The notes: a model not told the origin generated them from the sequence alone. 64,000 bases of DNA from an uncultured delta proteobacterium (GCA_963737905.1 CAVTUQ010000029.1:32001-96000), one strand, 5' to 3'; counted from the first letter of the stretch, positions 20,503 through 30,506 are shown. Numbers and translations are program-made.

Positions 20503-21462
20503 TTACTTGTTTCCCATCTCCCTTTGCACCTCTCTAAGAAGCGATAGATCCGCCACTTGATCGATCGAGACCTCGCGGTCCACCTTGGCATTTTTCTTGG
20601 CCTCGTCGATCAGGAGCTTAAGCCCATCCTCAGGAAGGCTTAAGTCGTCGCTATAGGTTTTCACGATGCCATCGTAAGTGGCTGCCGCCGTCTCTCGATC
20701 GATCCTCATCCACTCCATCATCACTTGAAGCGTGCCCTCGCGATTGTGAGAAATATACCTGTTCGCTTGAATGCCTGCTTTGATCATTCGCTTGATTTCG
20801 TCCGGTCTCTCTTTGATCCTTTTGGCATTTACGATCAACCCGCTTGAAGGGTAAGTGTACAGTTCGTTGGCCCTGGCAAGCACAACAAATCCCAACTTTT
20901 TGCCGAAAAACTCGATGGGGGGCGAGCCCATGGTCGCAACGGTAAAGCCTTGTTTCATGGCCGTGAGGCGAGACTCCATTCCGCCGGTGGGAAGAAGCTT
21001 TACGTCCTTTTCCGGGTCCAGACCAAAATGCTTGAGCATCAACTTCGTTTGACCCTCAAGACCGCCGCCCAAGCTGTTTAGCCCGATCGTTTTACCTCTC
21101 AGGTCCTGGACTGACTTGAACTCGGGCAAGGCGATGAGGGCAGTGGCTACGCGAGGCGTGAAACAGGCCACGATTTTGACTGGAATGCCGCGCATCGCCG
21201 CCGCCACCGCGGGGCCTATCACCGTGTGATAATCGAGTTCTCCGCTAACCAGGGCGGTCAGCGCAACGGTCGATCTAATCCTGATGAGCTCTGCTTGAAT
21301 CCCTTCCTTTTGATAGAAGCCCCGCCTCTCTCCCACCGGCGGTGAAAGAAACGAGCCGGAGTTGTCCGGATAGCCGATCCTGATTTTATCTGCGGCATGA
21401 ACCGAGAAGCGGAAAGCAAGAATGGCAAGAATAGTGAGGAAAGCTACAAAGATCCGATTCAT
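20503..21462 (-). CDS. NMT1/SsuA-like SBP (type B')
   Basis: Signal peptide, RGFYQKEGIQAELI, FKSVQDLRGKTIG. Confidence 0.9.
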   Translation of the reverse strand: MNRIFVAFLTILAILAFRFSVHAADKIRIGYPDNSGSFLSPPVGERRGFYQKEGIQAELIRIRSTVALTALVSGELDYHTVIGPAVAAAMRGIPVKIVACFTPRVATALIALPEFKSVQDLRGKTIGLNSLGGGLEGQTKLMLKHFGLDPEKDVKLLPTGGMESRLTAMKQGFTVATMGSPPIEFFGKKLGFVVLARANELYTYPSSGLIVNAKRIKERPDEIKRMIKAGIQANRYISHNREGTLQVMMEWMRIDRETAAATYDGIVKTYSDDLSLPEDGLKLLIDEAKKNAKVDREVSIDQVADLSLLREVQREMGNK

Positions 21463-21500
21463 CGGACACCCCCCTTATAGCCATTATTCGCTTCACAAAC

Positions 21501-21533
21501 GAAAAAGCCCGGCTGGTACATCCAGTCCGGGCT
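21501..21533 (-). terminator. Intrinsic terminator
   Basis: AGCCCGGACTGG-ATGTA-CCAGCCGGGCT hairpin followed by a T run on the minus strand. Confidence 0.75.
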
Positions 21534-21600
21534 CATGTAGTACGAATCAAAAGGGGTGACCGGATCTGAAGACCCAGTTTAACCTGAGAGGTTATGTGGA
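21501..21600 (-). ncRNA. Candidate sRNA or attenuator leader
   Basis: TTGACA-17nt-TAAACC (21632-21604), two hairpins, a CACCCCTTTT tract, then the terminator. Confidence 0.35.
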
Positions 21601-21645
21601 CGTGGTTTATGCCTGGGCAGGCCAGCTGTCAAGCGGTTTTTTTGG

Positions 21646-23229
21646 CTAGATCTCTCTTCGGCTTTTGGAGACGAACTGCCGATCATACAGAGCCTGGAGC
21701 TCTGTCAGTGTGGTAGATTGCTCGGGACTTTTATCGTCCCGGATTCTCGTGATCCGCGCAAAGCGCAGCGCGAAGCCCGAGCTGTACTGCGGGCTTCGCT
21801 GTATTTCATTGTAGGCGACTTCGACGACGACCTCCGGCTTTACCGTCACCGTATAGCCGTCGTCGGCAGTTTGTAGCTCACGCAACCGGGCCGTCATCTC
21901 AATGAATTCTTTATCGGTCAAGCCTTTAAAAGTTTTTCCCACCGGAGCAAATCCATCCGCGCCGTCGGCAACGGCGAGATGATAGTTAGAGAGCCAGCCG
22001 CGCCGTCTTCCCGAACCGCGATCGGCGGCCGTGATCACGCAATCCACCGTTTCCGCGGGCTTGATTTTAAACCAAAGCTTTCCTCGGTTGCCTGGCATGT
22101 AGGGGCTATCCAAGGCCTTGGCCATCAGCCCTTCATGACCTGCGGCGAGGGCCTCGTTCAGAAAAACTTCGGCTTCGGCGATATCGGTCGTGATTTTTCG
22201 GTGCGCGACGTTTTTGCCTCTGGAAATAGCGCTCAGTTTCAACCAGCGCGCTTCATAAGGCTCGTCGATGAGCGAACGAGCTTCGAAAAAGAGGCAATCG
22301 AAGAGGTGAAGAGAAAGAGGGATCTCGCTGGCCGCGGATTCAATTCCATGAATCCGCTTGAAGCGGCGCATGAGCTCCTGAAAAGGAAACGGCCGTCCGT
22401 CTTTGCCTACGGCCACAACCTCCGCGTCGAGAATGAAAGAATTCCCTTGAAGATCTTTGCGCACAATCTCAACGATTTCCGGTAGACTCCAAGTTACCTC
22501 AGAAAGGCGCCGGCTCCAGATGCGCACCTGCTCTCTCTCTTTATGAATCTGAACCCTCGCCCCATCGTACTTGAACTCAAGCGCTGTCTTTCCTCCATGA
22601 GCCGTGAAAATTTCGTTGAAGTCCTGAGATAGCTCGGAGAGCATGGGCAGCAGAGGAACGAAAAGTTTGATATCGACCTGTTGCAGACCAGCCATTCCGT
22701 CCGTAAGAGCAATTGTGGCAACCTCGGCGAGGTCCGAAAGAAAAAGAGCCGCGCGGCGGACGGTTTTCAAATCCGTGTTGGAAGCGCGAGCGATCGCTTC
22801 TTGAATGAGGCCGTCGTGTAGACCGATGCGCAGTTCGTTGTGGAGCAGGCGAAATAGAATGGGCCGTTCATGGGAATCGGCTCTTTCGACAAGCTCCGTG
22901 AGCCGAGCCAATTTTTCTCGGCGCGAGCCTTTGCCGCCGGCCTCGGCGATTTTGCCGAAACTGTCCGCGACATCTTTGAGCGTGAGCGACGTTGAGGATA
23001 GATTCTCGACTGCGGGGATTTTCGATGCTTCGAAAAAAGCCCCTGCCCCAATGTCGAGGGTCCGGGGATCGGAGACCGGAAATGGCCGGCCGGACAAGAA
23101 CGCAATGCCGTACCGGATCTCATCGGGCTGAAGCCGCTTGAGATAGGCCGCCGCCGACGCAATCTTCGCAAGCCGGCTCGGCGTTTTCTCGAGCTCGTAG
23201 CAGAGAGCGGCGAAGTCAGAAAACTTCAT
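21646..23229 (-). CDS. lig: ATP-dependent DNA ligase (LigB/archaeal-like)
   Basis: EFKYDGARVQIH adenylation motif, ILDAEVV, EGLMAK, WFKIK and ALRFARITRIRDDK. Confidence 0.95.
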   Translation of the reverse strand: MKFSDFAALCYELEKTPSRLAKIASAAAYLKRLQPDEIRYGIAFLSGRPFPVSDPRTLDIGAGAFFEASKIPAVENLSSTSLTLKDVADSFGKIAEAGGKGSRREKLARLTELVERADSHERPILFRLLHNELRIGLHDGLIQEAIARASNTDLKTVRRAALFLSDLAEVATIALTDGMAGLQQVDIKLFVPLLPMLSELSQDFNEIFTAHGGKTALEFKYDGARVQIHKEREQVRIWSRRLSEVTWSLPEIVEIVRKDLQGNSFILDAEVVAVGKDGRPFPFQELMRRFKRIHGIESAASEIPLSLHLFDCLFFEARSLIDEPYEARWLKLSAISRGKNVAHRKITTDIAEAEVFLNEALAAGHEGLMAKALDSPYMPGNRGKLWFKIKPAETVDCVITAADRGSGRRRGWLSNYHLAVADGADGFAPVGKTFKGLTDKEFIEMTARLRELQTADDGYTVTVKPEVVVEVAYNEIQRSPQYSSGFALRFARITRIRDDKSPEQSTTLTELQALYDRQFVSKSRREI

Positions 23230-23396
23230 TGCCTGTATTCTACCACGTCACCTAAAACGGCAAGACAATCCAAGCCCACCCTGCTACGTGAAAGCGCCGC
23301 CTTAACCGATATTGGTCGGGCAGCCAGCTTAGGCGTTCGAGGTCGGTTGGCGGTATCCGCGACGTGTTAGACAGGGGTGTTTGGGTGCAAGGTAAA

Positions 23397-24356
23397 CTAT
23401 GCGAACAGCGGGAGACCGGCCTCGAGCCAATGAGGACGAATGCCGGCTATGTTTAGCGACGCGAGGACCCGCTTGGGTTCACCGAGATCGTTCCATCTTA
23501 CCCCGATGACCTTGAGAACGGCGAGCCGATCTGGACGGTGGGCGAGTACGTGATGGGAAAAATTTGTTTCCGTGATGCGCTGGTAAAGCTCATCGATGAT
23601 AATAGATTCCTCGGCCGTGCCGAGGAATGGAGAGAGACCGATAAACGTTCCGTAGAGTTGCGGAATTGCGCTTTGAATGATTCCGAGTAAAGCTTGCACC
23701 GAGGCGACCATCACAAAACTGTTCCACAGGCACCCGCGAAGCTGTAGCACCTGAGCCAAGAGTTGATTGGGCTTCTCCCAAAAACGCCGCACGCCATAGA
23801 CTCGCGATTGACCCCGGACCGGCTCCGACGGTTCGATCCAACCATATTCCACTTCCGGAGTTTCCGGGTCGAATCCAAGTAGGATGACCAAATCCGGTCG
23901 TTGGCGGGCGGTGTCCAGTGCAGCGCGGATATGGCTCATAAATTTTTCGTTGTCTGAAATGTAATGGTCAGAAGGAAGGAAGGCGACCAAAGCCTTAGGA
24001 TCAACGGCGGCGATCCGCAACAAACTATAAAGAATTGCCGGTGCGGTGCCACGATTGCTGGGTTGAACCACAAGGTGTCTTCCGGACTCACCGCCCACAA
24101 TGGGCCCGTAGTAGGGCGCGTGAACGCGATTGACAACATAGAGGGTTCGTTCGCGCGCCAGTTCCAGGGCGGCGCGAGTTCGTGTTTCTTCGAGAAGCGT
24201 TTTCTTGCCAAACACGGAGCAGAACTGCTTAGGCCGCTCGTCGCCAGCGATCTTTCTGGTGAGAGACTTGAGGCGCGTGCCGTCGCCGCCCGCCAGAATG
24301 ACTGCCCATTCGCTTTCTCGATTGCGGACAGTGCCCGTCAACGTTAGGTAATTCAT
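23397..24356 (-). CDS. Sugar-phosphate nucleotidyltransferase (mannose-1-phosphate guanylyltransferase-like)
   Basis: VILAGGDGTRL, PKQF, QPSNRGTAPAI, PSDH, EYGWI, FWEKP and WNDLG motifs. Confidence 0.9.
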   Translation of the reverse strand: MNYLTLTGTVRNRESEWAVILAGGDGTRLKSLTRKIAGDERPKQFCSVFGKKTLLEETRTRAALELARERTLYVVNRVHAPYYGPIVGGESGRHLVVQPSNRGTAPAILYSLLRIAAVDPKALVAFLPSDHYISDNEKFMSHIRAALDTARQRPDLVILLGFDPETPEVEYGWIEPSEPVRGQSRVYGVRRFWEKPNQLLAQVLQLRGCLWNSFVMVASVQALLGIIQSAIPQLYGTFIGLSPFLGTAEESIIIDELYQRITETNFSHHVLAHRPDRLAVLKVIGVRWNDLGEPKRVLASLNIAGIRPHWLEAGLPLFA

Positions 24357-24676
24357 AAGTTTGTCCTTGTTGTCGTTTCTAACGTGTGGCTGTTAAATGC
24401 CTGTTTCCTCTATGTTAAATCTTTGATGACCAGTGGAACAGAAAGGATGCAACAAGGCGGAGTTCAGAAAACAGATTGCCGGTCGAGCCAACTCGTCGAC
24501 AATAGCGTCCGTGGTAGAGGCCCATCGACTTCGGTCGGAGGGTTTGCCGCTGCGGTTGACTATCGGAAGAATCCGCGCCTATAGGCAACAATAGTGAAAT
24601 GGATAACTCCCGGACTAGGGATCATTTCTCGTATCTTGTGGCCTGCTCGACAACAACTTGGCAAAGGAGAAGAAAA

Positions 24677-25144
24677 ATGACCAAAAGAACAAATTTGAAT
24701 CCGCAAGCTCAATCGCAAGAGTTGGTTAGAGCCGGTATCGAGCAGACGCTGCAAAAATTATCGACAGCATTTCGTGAGCACGACGCAAGTGCTTTGAGCG
24801 GCATCTACGTGGAGGATGCTGATTGGACAAATGCCTTTGGCACAACCCGACATGGACGTGACGCGATTATCTCCTATCTCAGGGGGCTCTTCGCTGATCC
24901 GCACTTTGCTGCCGGTAAGCCAGTCGGCGCACCGGAACTGGCGGTCCGCTTCGTTACCGACGACGTGGCCCTAGCCAAGACGTACGTGGAAATTCAAGGG
25001 CAACAAACGGTCGCAGGTGGCGTACTCCCAATGCGACGGAATCACTCGCTCAAAGTATTGAGCCGGCAGTCGGATGGACGATGGCTCATCGTTTCAGAAA
25101 TTTTCATGGATGCTCGTGATGACAGCACCTACGTCGAGAGCTAG
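24677..25144 (+). CDS. SnoaL-like/DUF4440 (SgcJ/EcaC family) protein
   Basis: AF..HDA..L..IY.EDADWTNAFG....GRDAI and DGRWLIV; AGGAG RBS. Confidence 0.8.
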   Translation: MTKRTNLNPQAQSQELVRAGIEQTLQKLSTAFREHDASALSGIYVEDADWTNAFGTTRHGRDAIISYLRGLFADPHFAAGKPVGAPELAVRFVTDDVALAKTYVEIQGQQTVAGGVLPMRRNHSLKVLSRQSDGRWLIVSEIFMDARDDSTYVES

Positions 25145-25314
25145 CCGCCCGGAAAACAAGGCCAACTGATCTGAACCTGACCCTTGGGTTGAAAAAGAAG
25201 CGCGCCTCTCACCCACGTCGTTAGGCGGCAACCCGGGAGAGTCGGCGGACAACATTAAGTTGTAGTATTATAATCCACAGGTGGCAGGTTCCTCCTGGGA
25301 GACGAGTTGTACTG

Positions 25315-26292
25315 ATGTCAAAACTCAAACTTACCCTCGCATGCTGGGACTATGATCGCACCCGTCCGCTCATCGATGGTCGTGTCCAAGCCGAAGGCAT
25401 CGATTTGGAGATCAAGATCATGCGTCCCCGCGAGATCTTTCCCAGGATGCTGGAGAACAAAGAGTTTGAGGTTTCGGAGCTATCGCTTGGCTCTTATGTG
25501 ATCCTCAAAGGCCGCGACATTTGCCCTTTCGTGGCGGTGCCTGTCGCGTTGTCTAAGATCTTCCGCCACTCTTGTATTTACATACGGACCGATGCCGGCA
25601 TCCGGACGCCTGAAGACCTCCGGGGCAAAAGGGTGGGAACGACTCAGCTCGGTTCTACCGGCGTCGTCTTTATGAATGGGATGCTGCAACACGAGTACGG
25701 TGTGACACTGGAGGATATTCACTGGTTCGTTGGCGGATTGGCTGACGCGACCCCACGACCCGTGATTCCGTTGAAGCTGCCGGGGAAAATTAAGATTGAG
25801 TTTCTGCCGTCGGACCAGACACTGGAGGGAATGCTGGAGAACGGGAACCTCGACGCGTTGTTCGCGTTGTATATTCCCTCCATTTTCCAGAAGGGCTCGC
25901 CCCGCATAGCGCGCCTGTTTCCGAACTATTGTGAGGTAGAGCAAGATTATTATCGTCGCACCCGCATCTTCCCGATCATGCATACGGTGGTAGTACGCGA
26001 TGATGTCTGTCGAGAGCACCCGTGGGTGACCCGGAGTATATACAAGGCCTTCTGCGAAGCTCGGGATCTAGCGATCGGTGGACTCTATGACACGGACGCG
26101 CTACGCCTCTCGCTTCCTTGGCTCATCAACCATATCGAGGAGACATGGCGGGTCTTAGGGAAGGATTTCTGGGCCTATGGTTTGGAGCCTAACCGGCCGG
26201 CGCTACAGGCTATCGGTCAGTATGTGTACGAGCAGGGTTTCTCGCCCCGCGCTGTTGGGCCTGAGGAACTGTTCGCCTCGAACGTGGAGTAG
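25315..26292 (+). CDS. 4,5-dihydroxyphthalate decarboxylase-like protein (SBP fold)
   Basis: LTLACWDYDRTRPLIDGRV, FEVSELSL, FRHSCIYI, IFPIMHTVV and FWAYGLEPNR; substrate unproven. Confidence 0.85.
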   Translation: MSKLKLTLACWDYDRTRPLIDGRVQAEGIDLEIKIMRPREIFPRMLENKEFEVSELSLGSYVILKGRDICPFVAVPVALSKIFRHSCIYIRTDAGIRTPEDLRGKRVGTTQLGSTGVVFMNGMLQHEYGVTLEDIHWFVGGLADATPRPVIPLKLPGKIKIEFLPSDQTLEGMLENGNLDALFALYIPSIFQKGSPRIARLFPNYCEVEQDYYRRTRIFPIMHTVVVRDDVCREHPWVTRSIYKAFCEARDLAIGGLYDTDALRLSLPWLINHIEETWRVLGKDFWAYGLEPNRPALQAIGQYVYEQGFSPRAVGPEELFASNVE

Positions 26293-26571
26293 ACAGATAA
26301 TATGGCCCCTTTACTCTGTTTGGTGACGATTATTCGTACTGAACACCTCTGGTCCGCTGGCAGTTTGGCTTTCAGTGACGAGGTGAGCTTGGGGTCAAAG
26401 CGATGCATCGCGAAGTTGCCGAGGTAAGCGGGATGTACACACTGCGGGAGCCGTGTGTGTTCAAGGGAAGTCACCCGCATAGGTAGAACGGCAATGCGGA
26501 GTTGTATGTCTTTGAAGCCAGCATTTTTCATCAGTCCTTCGACTTCTTTTGCGAACTTTTGGGACAGGACA

Positions 26572-27555
26572 CTAGTTGGGTAACCACGCAAGCGCGCCGC
26601 GGACTTCGGTAAATTCGCGCGGCAACTTGACCCACCACTCGCCGCCATCCGAGCTGGCGAAGAGCTGTCCGTAGTGGCTGCACGCGAGAATCAGGTCGGG
26701 ATCTGCCGGATGGGTCGCGAAGCACTCCATGTGAGTGTTCGGCGCGATGGGCAGCAGTGGCGTTTCCCAAGTGTGACCGCCGTCCGAAGAGCGCTGTATC
26801 GAGCCGAGGCCGCCGAGGGCGTCGTCGCCGATAGCCGCAAGAATCACTCTCACATCGTCTTGCTTAAAGACTATGCTTCGGCAATACGGCAAAGGAAATT
26901 TTCCGCGCACGCCGAGCGCCTGCCAATTCATTCCGCCATCGTTGCTGATGCAAATCTCGTCGGGGAGAGTGACCACCGCGGCTCCAGATTTGCCGGGCAG
27001 CGGTTTGATGTCATGAATATCGGGTTCATCCATGAGCCCGCCGGACGGGCGCGTCCAGCTCTCACCACCGTCCCGGCTCACGCGGACGCCGTCGACTTCG
27101 ACTCCCGCCCAGACAAATTTGTGATCCAGGGGATCCACGACCAGAGCAGTTACGCGGGGCGTGGTAACATTAACGCATTCCGTCGAAAAATCCGCCGGGA
27201 GCTTCTCCCAGTGCAAGCCGCTGTCTCGCGAGCGAAAAATCGCCGGCGGCGCGGTTCCGGCAAACATCGTATTCGGAGCCACCGGATCGATGGCGATGCG
27301 CCAAACTTTGTAGCCATCCAACGGAGAGTCGATATGCTCGAAGTTGGCGCCGCCGTCCTCGCTGCGATAGATGCCGTCATCGGCGCCGGCATAAATAACG
27401 CGGGGATCTTTCGGGTGCACCGCGAGGCCGAAGACCGACCTGCCGCCCTGGTACCCTTTCCACAATTTGCCTCTAGCCCAACTCATACCTCCATCGGCGC
27501 TGCGCCATAGACCCATGCCCAAAGTGCCGACGCAGATCGTGAAGTTTTTTGCCAT
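26572..27555 (-). CDS. BNR/Asp-box (YCF48/VPS10-like) beta-propeller protein
   Basis: Repeated SxDGGxxW Asp boxes. Confidence 0.85.
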   Translation of the reverse strand: MAKNFTICVGTLGMGLWRSADGGMSWARGKLWKGYQGGRSVFGLAVHPKDPRVIYAGADDGIYRSEDGGANFEHIDSPLDGYKVWRIAIDPVAPNTMFAGTAPPAIFRSRDSGLHWEKLPADFSTECVNVTTPRVTALVVDPLDHKFVWAGVEVDGVRVSRDGGESWTRPSGGLMDEPDIHDIKPLPGKSGAAVVTLPDEICISNDGGMNWQALGVRGKFPLPYCRSIVFKQDDVRVILAAIGDDALGGLGSIQRSSDGGHTWETPLLPIAPNTHMECFATHPADPDLILACSHYGQLFASSDGGEWWVKLPREFTEVRGALAWLPN

Positions 27556-27575
27556 AAGAGCCTCCTGTGGTGAGC

Positions 27576-27635
27576 AATGGAATACTGGAACAATGGAGTA
27601 TTGGATCCCATCACTCCACTACTCCAATGGTCCAA
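27576..27635. repeat. Inverted octamer repeat (TGGARTAY / ACTCCA)
   Basis: aatggaatactggaacaatggagtattgga ... catcactccactactccaatggtcca. Confidence 0.65.
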
Positions 27636-27782
27636 TCTGGCATTGTGCAGAGCTTTGATCAAGCAGCCTGCGTCGCGCACGCGAGTACATAGTCGCTCGC
27701 TGCGCGAAAATGATGCGCGCATGACATTGACGATGGTGTCGAGGTTTTGTTATTGCTGCCTCAGAACGGGTTGGATATTGAG

Positions 27783-27819
27783 TTCCATCACTCCATCATT
27801 CCACCACTCCATTACTCCA
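27783..27819. repeat. Octamer tandem repeat (TCCATCAC) directly before an RBS
   Basis: ttccatcactccatcattccaccactccattactcca. Confidence 0.75.
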
Positions 27820-27836
27820 GCCCAAGGAGGTAACCC

Positions 27837-29000
27837 ATGCCTGGAGCTCTCCAAGACTTGCGCGTGATCGACTTTACCCACGCTTTGAATGGGCCTTTCT
27901 GCACGATGCTACTCGGACATCTGGGAGCGGAGATCATCAAGATCGAGCCGCCGAGCGGCGACCGCTTTCGCCGGTCATGGATGCCGCGGGACGCAAAAAA
28001 GGATGGCTACGAGTTTCTTTGGATAAATATCAACAAAAAGAGCGTCGTCCTCAATCTGAAGAGCGAACGGGGCGTAGAGCTAGCGCGCCGGTTGATCGCC
28101 ACTGCCGACGTGCTGGTGGAGAATTTTCAGAAAGGGACGATGGAGCGGTTTGGTCTGGACTATGACTCGCTGAAAAGTCTCAACCCGCGGCTGATATATG
28201 CTTGCTCGCGCGGTTACGGCGAATCGGGGCCCTATTCAGCCTACGGCAACACAGCGCAATCCAACAACAGCATGACCGGATGGACCCACACGTCGTGGGG
28301 GTACAGCGGCGCCCCGGGGACGAAGTCCCTGGGCATCGGCGACGAAGCAGCTGGCGTTAGCATGTGCGTCGGCATTCTCGCAGCGCTGCACGCCCGCGAG
28401 CGCACCGGCGAAGGGCAGAAAATCGTGGTGTCGATGCAAGAGGCGGTGCTCGGATTCATGATCAGCTCGATGCACGAGTATTTCACCGGCATCGACGTCG
28501 GCAACCAGCCGATTCCAGTGGCCGATGGTTTCTTCACGCTTCGGGTTCCCGAAATAAGCGACGGTGTCTGGGCGAAGCTTGCTCGTCTGATGGGCCAGGC
28601 CGAACTCGTGGAAGATCCGCGTTTTGTCACCGCGGCCGCACGCCGGCAACACCAGGCTGAGCTGGAGAAAATAATCAAAGCATGGGCGCAGGGGAAAACC
28701 CGCCAGGAATTATGGAACGGGCTGCGCGACCTGGACTACTTCGGCGCGCCTGTTTTGTCGACTCGCGAGGTGTTCGAAGATCCGCACATCAAAGCACGGC
28801 AAGCATACATTCAGCGCGATCATCCGACTGCCGGGCCGACGACACTGCTGGCGCCGTGGATTCACCTGTCCAAGACGCCCGCCAGCATCCGCGACGATGC
28901 GCCGGCTATCGGCCAGCACACGGACGAGGTGCTCGGCGGAATCCTGGGGTTGAGCGGAACAGAGCTGGGAGATCTGCGCGCCACGGGGGTTATCAAGTAG
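27837..29000 (+). CDS. Family III CoA transferase (CaiB/BaiF)
   Basis: LRVIDFTHALNGPFCTMLLGHLGAEIIKIEPP, NKKSVVLNLK, ADVLVENF and APAIGQHTDEVL. Confidence 0.93.
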   Translation: MPGALQDLRVIDFTHALNGPFCTMLLGHLGAEIIKIEPPSGDRFRRSWMPRDAKKDGYEFLWININKKSVVLNLKSERGVELARRLIATADVLVENFQKGTMERFGLDYDSLKSLNPRLIYACSRGYGESGPYSAYGNTAQSNNSMTGWTHTSWGYSGAPGTKSLGIGDEAAGVSMCVGILAALHARERTGEGQKIVVSMQEAVLGFMISSMHEYFTGIDVGNQPIPVADGFFTLRVPEISDGVWAKLARLMGQAELVEDPRFVTAAARRQHQAELEKIIKAWAQGKTRQELWNGLRDLDYFGAPVLSTREVFEDPHIKARQAYIQRDHPTAGPTTLLAPWIHLSKTPASIRDDAPAIGQHTDEVLGGILGLSGTELGDLRATGVIK

Positions 29001-29012
29001 GGATGGAGTGAC

Positions 29013-29063
29013 TCGCGCAAAGACGCAAAGCATGTCCTGAGCGATGTCGAAGGGGTCGCAAAG
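29013..29063. repeat. CGCAAAG repeat interrupted by REP-like CATGTCCTGAGCGATGTCGAAGG
   Basis: tcgcgcaaagacgcaaag[catgtcctgagcgatgtcgaagg]ggtcgcaaag. Confidence 0.7.
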
Positions 29064-29196
29064 AAATTAAACTTCCGTTGGCACTTAAATCTTCAACGGC
29101 TAAAGCAAGATTCTCTTGACAGCCCGTGCTGGCTGTGGTTCGAGAAGGCAGTGGGTTGTTTTCGCCGAGAAAATTCACTGAAGGTGAGATCTTGAT

Positions 29197-30474
29197 ATGA
29201 TAACGCGAGAAGAAAACCAACTGCTGACTCATACCGATCGGGGAACGCCTGCTGGAGCGCTGTTGCGGCGCTACTGGCAACCAGTGGCTCTTTCAGAGGA
29301 GCTACCTCCGGGAGGCGCGCCACTGGCTGTGAAGATTCTGGGCGAAGAACTGGTCTTGTTTCGCGACGATCAGGGGCAGGTTGGGCTTTTAGGGATTCAC
29401 TGCGCGCACAGAGGAACAAATTTGAGCTACGGGCGAATCGAAGATGGCGGGTTGCGCTGTCTCTATCATGGTTGGCTCTACGATATTGGCGGCCGGTGCC
29501 TGCAGCAACCCGGGGAACCCGGCGGCGGAGAGCACAGGGATGCAATCCGCCAGCTTGCCTATCCGTGTGAAGAGGCTGGAGGAGTCGTCTTCACTTATAT
29601 GGGACCAGGAGCACCGCCCTTGTTTCCCAACTATGATTTTCTCAAAGCATCCCGAGAGCATGTCTGCGTTGAAAAGATCTTTCACGAGTGCAATTACCTC
29701 CAGGCCAACGAAGGGAACATCGATCCGGTTCACCTCTCTTTTCTGCACCGGTTTCTCGAGAACCGAGAGGAACAATACCGCGGCGTGCGCGGCGCCAACG
29801 AGTCGCATTACAATCTGGTGGGCCGAACGGTCACGCCTACCATCGATGTGGAGCTAGTCGACTTCGGAGTGCGCATCTACACGGTGCGGCAGATGGAAGC
29901 GGGCCAATCCTATCTCAGAGTCTCTTATTTTATCTTGCCCAACTTGAGCGCGTTTCCTGGGCAAACAGGGGGCGAGGGGTATTCAGTGAACTGGCATGTC
30001 CCCATCGATAATTCGCAGCACTGGAAATATACCTTTATCTACAGTTCGGGCGCGCCCCTCGATAAAGCTATTCTTGACCGAGAACGCTCGGAGCTAACCT
30101 CAGATTACCGATTGATCCGAAACACCGCTAACCGTTTTCTGCAGGATCGCGAAGCCATGAAAACAAAAACCTTCGCGGGCATGGGTCATGGTTTTCAAGC
30201 TCACGACGCCTTCGCTACCGCTAGCCAGGGCACGATCCAGGACCGCACGGATGAGCACCTGGTTTCCTCGGACAAAGCGATCGTTGCGGCACGCAAGCTT
30301 CTCGAAAAAGCCATCCGGGATGTTCAGGAGGGACGAGATCCCGCCCATATCGCCAGGGAGCCCAACCAGAACCGCTTTCCTCAGCTACTGGTGATTTCGG
30401 ATATGATCCCCGCGACCAGTGACTGGAAGGATTACACCAGGGGGTTGGAAGTGGAAGCGACGGCGAAGCTGTAA
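29197..30474 (+). CDS. Rieske non-heme iron oxygenase alpha subunit (phthalate 4,5-dioxygenase/LigX-like)
   Basis: CAHRG..CLYHGW Rieske motif, EGNIDPVHLSFLH Fe motif and EHLVSSD. Confidence 0.92.
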   Translation: MITREENQLLTHTDRGTPAGALLRRYWQPVALSEELPPGGAPLAVKILGEELVLFRDDQGQVGLLGIHCAHRGTNLSYGRIEDGGLRCLYHGWLYDIGGRCLQQPGEPGGGEHRDAIRQLAYPCEEAGGVVFTYMGPGAPPLFPNYDFLKASREHVCVEKIFHECNYLQANEGNIDPVHLSFLHRFLENREEQYRGVRGANESHYNLVGRTVTPTIDVELVDFGVRIYTVRQMEAGQSYLRVSYFILPNLSAFPGQTGGEGYSVNWHVPIDNSQHWKYTFIYSSGAPLDKAILDRERSELTSDYRLIRNTANRFLQDREAMKTKTFAGMGHGFQAHDAFATASQGTIQDRTDEHLVSSDKAIVAARKLLEKAIRDVQEGRDPAHIAREPNQNRFPQLLVISDMIPATSDWKDYTRGLEVEATAKL

Positions 30475-30506
30475 TTTAGGGTAGGTGGAGATCTCTGAGT
30501 AACATC

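Noticed and set aside
23299-23372. attC-like site (CCTTAAC...GTTAGAC)
   Set aside because: The cores are not complementary, the internal palindrome is poor and no IntI is present.
25144-25229. Degenerate attC after the SnoaL-like gene (GCCGCC...GTTAGGCGGC)
   Set aside because: The left core lacks TAAC and the interior does not pair; too weak to call.
26293-26571. Possible methyltransferase C-terminal remnant (EVEGLMKNAGFKDIQ)
   Set aside because: Short, with no SAM-binding motif; not supportable.
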